Translations under genes and position numbers: made by a program
Shown here: piece after piece, positions 49,254 to 58,647 of the stretch
Layout of the letters: each line of letters opens with the position of its first letter
Numbering within the stretch: the first letter of the stretch is position 1
Origin: a virus
Taxonomy: Duplodnaviria > Caudoviricetes
DNA length: 64,000 nt
Virus record (IMG/VR): IMGVR_UViG_3300037249_001368
Span: 96,001-160,000 of that record
Strand: one strand, 5' to 3'
Notes under the pieces: generated by a model
The model's database searches: none
Told to the model about the DNA's origin: nothing
The model's input: the letters and a program-made list of their open reading frames with translations, nothing else

Positions 49254-50794
49254 TGTTACAAGTAAACGCAGCATCTTTCATCGAGAAAAATCTGATGAAA
49301 GTCAAGGGGTACGATTATAATTGGATATCTATGATATCTTCTACCCCCTTGATTTTCGAGGATACGAACTATCTCCGTGTGCTGCATTACATTGATAATA
49401 CCATAACTGAGCAGGAACTACGAGAATATCGTAATGGAAATCTCCGTAAGGTGTATGCCAATTTTGAGTATATGCTGATGGACAACTTGGAATATTATGA
49501 CAGGATTATGGCTTTCTGTACAATGTATTTTCACAAGTATATTTCCATAGATGGGGACAATACACAAAAACATATACCGAACCATGTAATCAGCATGAAC
49601 ATTACTCCTACGAAGATTTGGTGTGCTACGATGCTTTCGATTTCGAGCACCAGATTTGAGATAGAGTACGGCTGGGATATGAGGTGTGTGGATTTGAACA
49701 ACGGTAATTCTTGGTTACAAAACAACTTCCATATTCTGAAGCGAAACCCGATGTTTGATGTGTTTATATCTTACAGAGCATATATCAATAACACATCAGG
49801 TTATCGTGAAACATTCATCGCTGATAAAACACAAGACAAAAGACTTTATCAGATTTGTAAGAAGTTTACTGAACAATCCCAAGTCTTTAGTTCTGATGAT
49901 ATTCAGTTGTTGGATGAGTATACGCAGCATGTCGACGAGTATGTAAAGAACCTGTATGATTCGCTCTCTGATTGTATGAGTGTGTTATACAACAACGACA
50001 AATCCGCTTACGCGATTTATGTGTTTGAGGATGAGTTTATGATTCATACTACTCATTTTGGTATGCGTGTATTCAAAAAGAATGGCCAAATTTCCAAAGA
50101 TTACATGTCCAATTCTTATGAGTGTTTCGTAGCGGAACCGTATCTGAAACCATCAATCAAAAAACAGATACAATGGTGTAAGTATATTGTTCCATTTAAG
50201 TATCAGCGTGTTATCGAAATTCTGACTAAAGTTCTCGAAAAGTTATTGGAGACAGATTTTCATAATGTAGTTGCTGTCAAAAGAATGAATCCAAAAACCA
50301 ATACCGTTTCTTATGTGAGGTTTACGGGTATTTTCGACAGAGTCTACATTTACGAAAAATTCATGCATGACAACAAAGTCGTTAAAGAGTACAAGCGGTG
50401 TTTGTCAAAAACAAACGCAGCAAAATACATCGTGGAGCGAGGGTATTATATCTTTGGTCTGAAGGAGGACATAGATAATCTGTTGAATGACTTTGAAAAT
50501 TCAATACAACCAAGAATCAATATACTCAGAAATCATTACAACAAGTACTGCGTAAAGATTGATGAGTTTATGAAAGGTGTCGTTGAACGCTACAACAGAC
50601 AAAACGCAAAGATTATAAATACCTATATCAATGGTGTAAAAGATTATAGTATTTCCAGTGACGTAAAAGTTACTTCGTTGAAATCTGATGGAGATACCGT
50701 AAACTTAATCATAAAAACCGTAAACGGTAACATTAAGAATAAAACTAAGTCAGACACCGAGATAAAATCCTATTACGACGTCATAAATTCGTAA
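49253..50794 (+). CDS. Hypothetical protein (513 aa)
   Basis: Long ORF translationally coupled (TAATG) to the upstream gene. Confidence 0.65.
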   Translation: MLQVNAASFIEKNLMKVKGYDYNWISMISSTPLIFEDTNYLRVLHYIDNTITEQELREYRNGNLRKVYANFEYMLMDNLEYYDRIMAFCTMYFHKYISIDGDNTQKHIPNHVISMNITPTKIWCATMLSISSTRFEIEYGWDMRCVDLNNGNSWLQNNFHILKRNPMFDVFISYRAYINNTSGYRETFIADKTQDKRLYQICKKFTEQSQVFSSDDIQLLDEYTQHVDEYVKNLYDSLSDCMSVLYNNDKSAYAIYVFEDEFMIHTTHFGMRVFKKNGQISKDYMSNSYECFVAEPYLKPSIKKQIQWCKYIVPFKYQRVIEILTKVLEKLLETDFHNVVAVKRMNPKTNTVSYVRFTGIFDRVYIYEKFMHDNKVVKEYKRCLSKTNAAKYIVERGYYIFGLKEDIDNLLNDFENSIQPRINILRNHYNKYCVKIDEFMKGVVERYNRQNAKIINTYINGVKDYSISSDVKVTSLKSDGDTVNLIIKTVNGNIKNKTKSDTEIKSYYDVINS

Positions 50795-50824
50795 CCATAA
50801 ATTTAATAACTTAAATAATCCGAT

Positions 50825-51751
50825 ATGAACATCTTAGAGCAAGAAAAAATCAGCGCTGCTGAGTTTCCTCAAATTCTTGACAACATCTACAACATGGACT
50901 GTCTTGAATTTCTCAAAAAGTTGCCAGACAACTGTTTAGACATTGTGGTAACTTCACCTCCCTACAACTTACAGAATCAGAACCGCTCCGAAAATCCCAA
51001 GGTTTTCAGAAAGCCATTCGACCCCATGAAGAAAAACGACCGCGACAATAACTTGATTACCAACAGCGGTTACGACAGCGGTGGTGAGTGCTTGCCCCAT
51101 TCAGTTTACGTCAGGCAACAAAGAACTCTCATCAACCAAGTCATTAGGTGCTTGAAACCCCACGGTGCATTTTTCTACAACACCAAGTGGAGAATGTACA
51201 ATGGCTTGCTTGACATGCACACTGACATCACTGAAGAGTTCCCCATTCGCCAGATTATCATTTGGAACCGCTACGCGACTTTCGCCCGCAACAATGTATC
51301 ATTCATGCCTGTGTATGAAGTGATTTACTTCTTTGTCAAGGGAAGTACCGAGGACGGCACCTGCTGCCATCTGAAAAATGATGGTATCAATCTTACCGAT
51401 GTTTGGGAAATCCTCCCCGAGCGTGAAAAGAAAGACCATCCCGCTCCGTATCCGTTGCAGTTGGCTTACAACTGTGTCATGAGTGTTGAAAACAAAAAGA
51501 ATGAGCCTTTTGTGGTTTACGACCCGTACATGGGTACTGGCACATCAGCAATCGCAGCTCTGTCATTGGGTTATCACTACATTGGAACCGACATTTCCGA
51601 TAACTACATTAATATGGCGAAAAACAGGATTGAGCGCAATAAAATCAATCCCGAACATATCCTGCTCAACTCTAAATCAGAGCAAGCCAAGCAATTTAAG
51701 AAATTCGACAACGTGAAAGAAACCATCGGCGTCAAGAAAATCTTTGGATAA
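50825..51751 (+). CDS. DNA N4-cytosine/N6-adenine methyltransferase (beta class)
   Basis: TSPPY, HPAPYP, DPYMGTGT. Confidence 0.9.
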   Translation: MNILEQEKISAAEFPQILDNIYNMDCLEFLKKLPDNCLDIVVTSPPYNLQNQNRSENPKVFRKPFDPMKKNDRDNNLITNSGYDSGGECLPHSVYVRQQRTLINQVIRCLKPHGAFFYNTKWRMYNGLLDMHTDITEEFPIRQIIIWNRYATFARNNVSFMPVYEVIYFFVKGSTEDGTCCHLKNDGINLTDVWEILPEREKKDHPAPYPLQLAYNCVMSVENKKNEPFVVYDPYMGTGTSAIAALSLGYHYIGTDISDNYINMAKNRIERNKINPEHILLNSKSEQAKQFKKFDNVKETIGVKKIFG

Positions 51752-51753
51752 TC

Positions 51754-52909
51754 ATGCGCAGAGAAAGAAATAAAGATTCAGAATCTCAAAATCCTCAGAA
51801 ACCTAAGGAAGAGAAGAAATATGTCAAAGAACCACCAAAGTGGGACGCGGCACAAATCAAATCTTTCAAGGAAAAGGATATTGAGATTCTGAATTATCTT
51901 GATTCTATCGGAGAGGGCATCTATGACGAGGGAAGATACCCAGGAATGTATCTCAAGAAACACAACGGTGAACTTTCCGATAGAGTCAAGAAACAGTTAA
52001 ATACCCACGCCCGAAGAAATGTCGAGCAGGAAGAACCAGAAAATTCTGAAGCACTTCTTAGGGAATTGTTTGGTAACCTCAAAGAATCCACTGAAAGTTA
52101 GTAGTTATGGAAAAGTTTGTTGCAAAAGCTGAACTCAATGTTTATGGGATATGCACAATCCCTGAAGCCACGGGAGAAGTTACAGGTCACTTGATTACAT
52201 TCTATGCTACTTATCAAGAAGCATACAATGTTTATAAAGCAAGGTATGGTAACAGAGCAACGGTATCAAGTGAGTCTCCTGCTTACAAAAACACCGACTT
52301 CATCCACCGTTTCATAATTCCGAAAGGTGTATCTTACACAAGGGATGATTTTGAAATTGTGGCTGAGGAACTCCAATTCGCTGAAACAATCTTTAACATC
52401 GAAACTTACGGCAAAAACAATAACCAATGAGTGTTGAGTGTCAAGGTGAACCAAAGATTGCCGACCACAATATAATTGTGTATAAGTGCTTCAGAAAAGA
52501 AGGTATTTTTCTGCTTAGCCCTTTTCACGATAAGTTGGTTGTTTGGTTACCGTTCATCACTTATCACTGCCGTGGTTTTAAGTATACCGAAAAGGCTGCA
52601 ATCACATCAGCACCAGTCAGAGTTCTATCAAAGGACGGATATTATTCGGTCAATAACTGGCAGAATCTTGAAAAGGAACTTGGTAAATTAAATCCACCAA
52701 AGTACAACAACGACATCGTGATTAGGGAGTGTTTAATTCCCGCAGGAACCAAATACTACTGGTATGCAGGAGAGTATTGCTCCGAATATCTAAGAATAAT
52801 TTCAACAAAAAATCTTGAAACAAATGATACAAGTAAAAATGTTGGCTGGCTTAGAAACGCCATCCTACGCCACAAAAAATTCTTCAGGTGCAGACCTGAA
52901 ATCCAATGA
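51754..52909 (+). other. Three hypothetical ORFs (51754-52101, 52107-52430, 52427-52909); the last two look related
   Basis: Shared (F/C)(I/L)IP(K/A)GxxY...(A/S)ExL motif. Confidence 0.55.
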
Positions 52910-53255
52910 GGATGTTCTGATTTTCCCTATGGAAAGAAAACTTGTCCACACGGGATTATACATGGAAATCCCCGAAGGCTACGAAGGTCAGGTTAGACCT
53001 CGCAGTGGACTCGCCCTCAAACACGGAATCACCGTACTGAACACACCTGGCACCATTGATGCTGATTACAGAGGTGAGATTTGTGTTATTTTGTATAATT
53101 CTAACCCACCAGGTTCAGACCCCTATGAAGTGAAGAAAGGTGACAAGATTGCTCAGCTGGTTTTCGCTTCAGTCATTCAAGCAGAAATTATTCCCGTAAA
53201 CGAGTTGTCATCAACCGACCGTGGCAAAGGCGGTTTCGGTCATACAGGGAAATAA
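52824..53255 (+). CDS. dut: Trimeric dUTPase
   Basis: [34 protein letters not shown]; likely ATG at 52824. Confidence 0.95.
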   Translation: MIQVKMLAGLETPSYATKNSSGADLKSNEDVLIFPMERKLVHTGLYMEIPEGYEGQVRPRSGLALKHGITVLNTPGTIDADYRGEICVILYNSNPPGSDPYEVKKGDKIAQLVFASVIQAEIIPVNELSSTDRGKGGFGHTGK

Positions 53256-53256
53256 C

Positions 53257-53638
53257 ATGGAATTTGTACAGTACATTTTCGGAAATTTTTGGCATTTCAT
53301 AATGTTTGTTGTCGTTTTGGCAGTTATATTCGATGGAATTGCTGATATTGTCCGAGCTTTCAATAAACCACCAACAAAAAATACTGACAACGATGATAAT
53401 GATTAATGGTGTCATGTATCAAGAGAAGCAGAATCTTGATGAAGACTTTCCTTCCTGTTCTTTGTGCAAAGTTCCACTGAGCCAATGTCAAAGCCAGTGC
53501 AAGCAATTCGGTAACAACTACTTCTTCACAACTGCTAACCCAGAAGATGCAGGAAAAGATATTTCAGGTTGTATGAAATGTATTGGAATCTGTGGAATTA
53601 TCATAGCAGTAGTTATCACCCTTCTTCTGATTTTTTAA
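53257..53638 (+). other. Two small membrane ORFs (53257-53406, 53393-53638)
   Basis: Hydrophobic segments; the second is also Cys-rich. Confidence 0.5.
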
Positions 53639-53656
53639 CCATCAATAACATATCTT

Positions 53657-54649
53657 ATGAAAATCATTTACCCAAACGGTATCACCATTGAGTGTACCCG
53701 TGATGAATATTTGGAATGTATCAAAGACGAACAAGTACAATCACAGAAGGAAGTCGTAAACGCTATCAATGATTTCAAACAAGCATTACTGGCGAAAACC
53801 GACTCCATTAAAGACATCGCAAATGCAGGTTTACTCCTTTTCCAAAAGTTCTGTGAGGAGTATTTGAAGAATCTAACCGTCGTCACTCATGGCGATTCTG
53901 ATTCTGATGAGATACTCAGGAAACTCAGAGAAGGAAAATTTGAGTATGAACCACCGAAGGTCCAAGTCCAAGACAATGAATTTTTACATCATGTCCCGCT
54001 CGGAACATCAGTGTCAGCAGGTGGTGCTGTTGAACACGAAAACACATCAGAAACAGATGTAACAACTAACAGCGAACATATTTCGTTCACAGGCGAAACC
54101 ATCGAAAACTCAGAAGAAATGTTGAAACAGATAATCTATGCTTACAAGTCCGACAGAATAAATCCTGTCGACATCGACAACCCTGACGAGAAATATGAAT
54201 CACCGAAAGAAGCAGCAGATGCCCACAATCTCAGCATCCAAGAATTTATGAAATAATTGGATAGTGACACCATCTACAACGGTTACATTTTTATGTCAGA
54301 GAAGAAAGCCAAGCAAAGAGCTGCCAAAACCAAGAAAAACTCCAAATCACAGCAGGTCTATGTTTATGACGAAGATTGGTCAAATGAACGAGTCTTTGAT
54401 TCAGTGACCCAAGCTTCTCGGATGCTTGCTATCGCGATTTTAACCATTAAAAACAACATCGACAAGGGGCGGCTTGTCAAACACAAATACTATTTCAGAA
54501 GCAGAAAACTTCCCAAGACCGAAACCAATATTATCAATCCGATTGCGGACAAAACCGCCGAGGAGGATATCCCCGAAATCGAGAAAACCATCCGTGAGAT
54601 TGACGCAAGGAATAAAGAGCCGTATCAGACCTCTCCAAAGATTTATTGA
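53657..54649 (+). pseudogene. NUMOD1-like DNA-binding protein interrupted by an in-frame TAA at 54254-54256
   Basis: Two ORFs in the same frame; the stop falls inside YESPKEAA...FMK*LDSDTIYNGYIF, and a second intact repeat follows. Confidence 0.55.
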
Positions 54650-54676
54650 TTCTGAAAATACTTAAACAAGAAACCA

Positions 54677-54706
54677 GCCTAAACGGTACATTCGTAATAG
54701 TTTGAT
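54677..54706 (+). promoter_or_regulatory. Phage promoter-like motif GCCTAA-N16-AGTTTGAT
   Basis: Bipartite motif. Confidence 0.65.
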
Positions 54707-54733
54707 AAATTAGAAAATCTAAGACTTTCCAAT

Positions 54734-55114
54734 ATGTCAGATAACCCGCAGAAACCCGAATTTCAGAAATACTTCAAGCCACCGTACAATGTCGACGAAT
54801 GTGGTTGTTATGTTTTCTGTAATGACGAAACCCAGATGGTTTTTGATTTCTACTCTGAAGAGATTTCATCAGAAGAGGAACAAAGAATCAGAGACCTAAT
54901 CGAGGGTAAAGAAGCAGAGCCGTTCGCGGATGTGATTCATAACGATGAAACCATTTCATTGGTGAAACATAATCACACGGTTACAGTGCTTTCAGTTCGC
55001 GGTTGGGGTTATCTGACTGGACGTCTTGGATTAGATTCCAAAGAAGCTGTGAAAATTCAGGACCAAATGGTCGAGTTCTTCACAAAACTTCTTAAGGGAG
55101 AAGTCAAACCTTAA
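54734..55114 (+). CDS. Conserved phage hypothetical protein
   Basis: FKPPY...VRGWGYLTG...A.KIQD pattern. Confidence 0.6.
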   Translation: MSDNPQKPEFQKYFKPPYNVDECGCYVFCNDETQMVFDFYSEEISSEEEQRIRDLIEGKEAEPFADVIHNDETISLVKHNHTVTVLSVRGWGYLTGRLGLDSKEAVKIQDQMVEFFTKLLKGEVKP

Positions 55115-55126
55115 AATCATAGTATA

Positions 55127-56038
55127 ATGTTAGTAATGATTACTAACCGCTGCCACGAAGGCTGCAGACATTGTATGTCCGACTGTAAACCAGAAGGGAC
55201 AGACATGGATTTGATGACTTTCGGCAAAGCCGTCAAGTTTGCAAGATTCCTCGGGGCGCGGTTTCTTGTTTTATCAGGTGGCGAACCAACACTCAACCCC
55301 GATTGGTTCAGAATGTGTCAGATTCTTAATGACCAGTACCATATGCCTTTTGGTATCTGCACCAATGGTACTTGGGTTGAAGACCAGAAGACCTTCAAAC
55401 GCATGGCTCGTGTCAACGAAATGAAGTACTGCACAGGTATTCAAGTTTACACGAACCAAATGTTCTACAAATCTTATAACCTGGTTAAGTCTCATGAACA
55501 AGACCTGTTAAAAATTGGTCTACGTATCGACGAGAGCCCAATTCGTTCTATGAAGGATTTGGGACGTGCCAAAACCGACCCAGCCTGTCAGGCAGTTATC
55601 GACAGAGATAAATACTTTATGTCGTGCTTGAATACAGCGCTCGCCGCTAAGCAAGTGGCTGTTTCAGGTAACTTCTGTAAAGTGCTTGAAAACGAAGCAG
55701 GACACTTCTGCAAGCCTTGCGTAGACCCGACAGGAAAATTACACATGTCAGAATCACAATTATGTCCTGTGGTTGGAGACATAACCAAAGAATTTTTCAC
55801 CGATATTTGGGACAATATGCGCCAATGGCAGCCATGTGGCGGTTGTAAGGATTACTACAAGTTCAGAGATTCTGAACGACCCGAATTGATACCTGCCAGA
55901 GCACTGCTAGGTATCACGAAACCCGAACCTGATGGCGAAATTCAGCAAACACTCGCCCAATTCCTCGGTGATTGTCCATTGATGAGCCAAGAAGCACATG
56001 AAAAACTCCAAAAGTTTACTGAAAATCAACAACAATGA
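55127..56038 (+). CDS. Radical SAM protein with Cys-rich C-terminal extension
   Basis: CHEGCRHC, SGGEP, TNG, later CKPC/CP/CGGC. Confidence 0.85.
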   Translation: MLVMITNRCHEGCRHCMSDCKPEGTDMDLMTFGKAVKFARFLGARFLVLSGGEPTLNPDWFRMCQILNDQYHMPFGICTNGTWVEDQKTFKRMARVNEMKYCTGIQVYTNQMFYKSYNLVKSHEQDLLKIGLRIDESPIRSMKDLGRAKTDPACQAVIDRDKYFMSCLNTALAAKQVAVSGNFCKVLENEAGHFCKPCVDPTGKLHMSESQLCPVVGDITKEFFTDIWDNMRQWQPCGGCKDYYKFRDSERPELIPARALLGITKPEPDGEIQQTLAQFLGDCPLMSQEAHEKLQKFTENQQQ

Positions 56039-58488
56039 CCGTATATTTCTTTGATTGTCATTCAGTTGAAATAATTACGACATGGGAAAATCCTACAGTA
56101 GTCCCATGTATTGGTGACAGAGTAATTCTAGAAATAGATTCAGAAAATCAGATAATTCAAAGAATTTATGGCGTAACTAACAGAACTATACTGAAAGACT
56201 CAGTACGCATCTTCTGTAAGTTTGCCGATTCAGAAACAATAATCCCGAAAAAATGAACAGAGAACAAATCGAATCGTTGGACGGCACCAAGCCTTATTGC
56301 ACCGAGACCGAAAGGGAACAGCAGTGGTACGAAGCAGGTTTGGTTGAAGGACTTGAGGTTGGTGACACCGAACCCAAACCAAATAAAACCGTGTCGGAGA
56401 TTCTTAATGATTTTACTGGCACGGAAATGTTCATCATGGAACAGAAATACTTTGATGATGTAGTCCTTTGGATTGCGGAGAAAGATAAGATTGAGGCAGT
56501 GAAAGCTATCAAAGATTTCTTCAAATCAGGGCTTTACGAAGCCAAGCAATACTTGGATAAAATCACTGAAAATCATAAACAATGCTAAAGATTCGCAAAG
56601 GCAGAAAATACATCTGCACCAAAACTGTCACAATCAACGAAGAGGTGGCTTTCATCGAGGGAGACGTGTATGTTTCTCTGAAGGATGACATGCTTATTGA
56701 CATCAACGGAGTCCACCGTAATCTTGATGTCATGCAACTTGAGTGCTTTGAACTGAAATCAATCGACAATCATGGTTATTGGGAGAAGCTGTGGCATGAT
56801 TACACCATCAAGATTTTCTGCAATTCATTGCAAACACCCGAAATTCAGAAAATCCTCATCGCACCTAACGATGTATGTTCTTACGAGGAGAAGTGCCATG
56901 TTACCGAACAGGCCGAGAACTTCGCAATCAACGCTGCAAGACACCTCGTACAGAAAATCATGGAACAAACCAAGGAGGACAACAAGCCTCTTGAAATCAC
57001 TGAATAAAACTGATTGTCATGCTCTGTTATTTACAGAAAATAGGAGAAATTTCCGGAAATAATTACTACTTCAATGTTCCTTACAAAACCACGGAGGAAT
57101 TTATTGAGTACATCGGAAAGAAACCAGACGATTTCGGTTCAATGTTCTTTGGTATAGACAGAACATCTATGGTTGAGAACTTGTATGCTGTAAGTTTTCA
57201 TGTCACCAGAATACACACTTCGCCCGAAAAGGAATACTACATACATTATCACATGTTTTCCAAGAAGAATTATTCTGAGACATACAACCCTGTTTTAGAA
57301 GATTCCGAAGGTGACATGGAATTTTCTTCCATTGATGAAATTAAATCATTTTTGATAAAATTCATCGAAGATAAGAAACTTACCGAAGTGTGCACAGAAC
57401 TTATAGAAAACGAGATAGATTCGGCTTGTAAAGTCATAGAGAGACAAAGAGCCATAATCAAAAGATTCAAAAAAGCTAAATCATATCTTTAATCATGAAT
57501 AAACAATTCACCGAATACGAAACCGCACAAGAACTTATGAAGCTTGGTATTTCAACGGATACCGCTGACATGGTTTATAAGTTTGATGCAGGTTTCTTAC
57601 AAGAACACAAGCCGTACTTAGACAGTCTCAAAGACGAACAGAGAATCAGAGATATGTTTATCAAAGGTATGACCAATAAAGGTGCTACCGAAGACTGGCT
57701 CAAGCGTTTCAAACCACTCCAACCATGTTGGTCGCTCGCAGGACTTCTTGACGTTCTACCAAAAAACCTGAAAGACAAAGAAGGAACAATACGTGTGCGA
57801 CAAATCATTGGTGGAGATGTGAGTTACGCAGGACTCGGTATGGTTTGGAACAGCCAACCAACATTACTACTCAACGTCGTAGACGCCATCAAGACCCTTA
57901 TCGCTGAGGGTTATTCATTGGAAGATGCAACACCAAAACCGTCTGAAGAATGAAAGCAATCAAAAATCTGAAGAAGGGTGACAGAATAATTGTCAGTTAC
58001 CAAGAAACAAGTTCTGTTTTTGTAGAAGCAGTCAAAGCTGTCAGGATTGATGGTAGAGAATTTGTCATAAACACTAACCATGAGCAGAATGTTGCTGGCA
58101 GAGAAATTCTCCGTCAAGAATGGCCTAATCACTGGCCTATAAGAATACCAGTAGTTGCAACGGCAGGTAACAGTCATACTTTCAAAGCTGGGAAAGATGT
58201 TGAGGGTAAGATAACTGTCGCGGATAGAGCAGATATAGATGTGATATGTCCACCGTCAGACTATGATGATTTATAACCATGAGCGCACCCAACAAATCAC
58301 CCGAAGCCAAGAAATGTTATCATCACAGCTGCGTACCTGGTAACTGTGTTTATGAATCTTGGACAACAGATTGTACATACCCAAATTGCAATAAGGGTAT
58401 TCCAAAAGGTTCTGCTTACAAGCCAAAAGACGAACCCGAACAACCAATCGGGGATTTATCAGAACTTGAAGCAGAATATCTAGACTAG
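56035..58488 (+). other. Cluster of small hypothetical ORFs (56035-56256, 56582-57007, 57019-57492, 57495-57953, 57950-58276, 58279-58488)
   Basis: Abutting + strand ORFs. Confidence 0.55.
56253..56588 (+). CDS. Protein with a ribosomal L7/L12 C-terminal-domain-like motif
   Basis: KIEAVKAIKDFFKSGLYEAKQYLD. Confidence 0.55.
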   Translation: MNREQIESLDGTKPYCTETEREQQWYEAGLVEGLEVGDTEPKPNKTVSEILNDFTGTEMFIMEQKYFDDVVLWIAEKDKIEAVKAIKDFFKSGLYEAKQYLDKITENHKQC

Positions 58489-58559
58489 AATCCAGTTTTG
58501 GCACGAACACGCAGTGTGAGTGCTATGTTCTGAAAAATTTTCATTCCATATTTTTTGGT

Positions 58560-58600
58560 TTAGGCTGGTTGGGGTAAAATCCAATCAGCCTAATTTTTTT
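58560..58600 (+). terminator. Intrinsic terminator whose 3' arm contains the promoter-like motif
   Basis: TTAGGCTGGTTGG/CCAATCAGCCTAA followed by T7. Confidence 0.8.
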
Positions 58601-58617
58601 GCCTCGATTGGTTTACA
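58588..58617 (+). promoter_or_regulatory. Phage promoter-like motif GCCTAA-N16-GGTTTACA
   Basis: Bipartite motif upstream of the Mre11-Rad50 fusion. Confidence 0.7.
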
Positions 58618-58647
58618 TACAACAGTAGAAATAATTTCCATAATACC

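Noticed and set aside
49253-50794. Restriction endonuclease partner of the methyltransferases, or paralog of 12713-14170
   Set aside because: No clear PD-(D/E)xK, HNH or GIY-YIG motif; the resemblance to 12713-14170 is too faint without a profile search.
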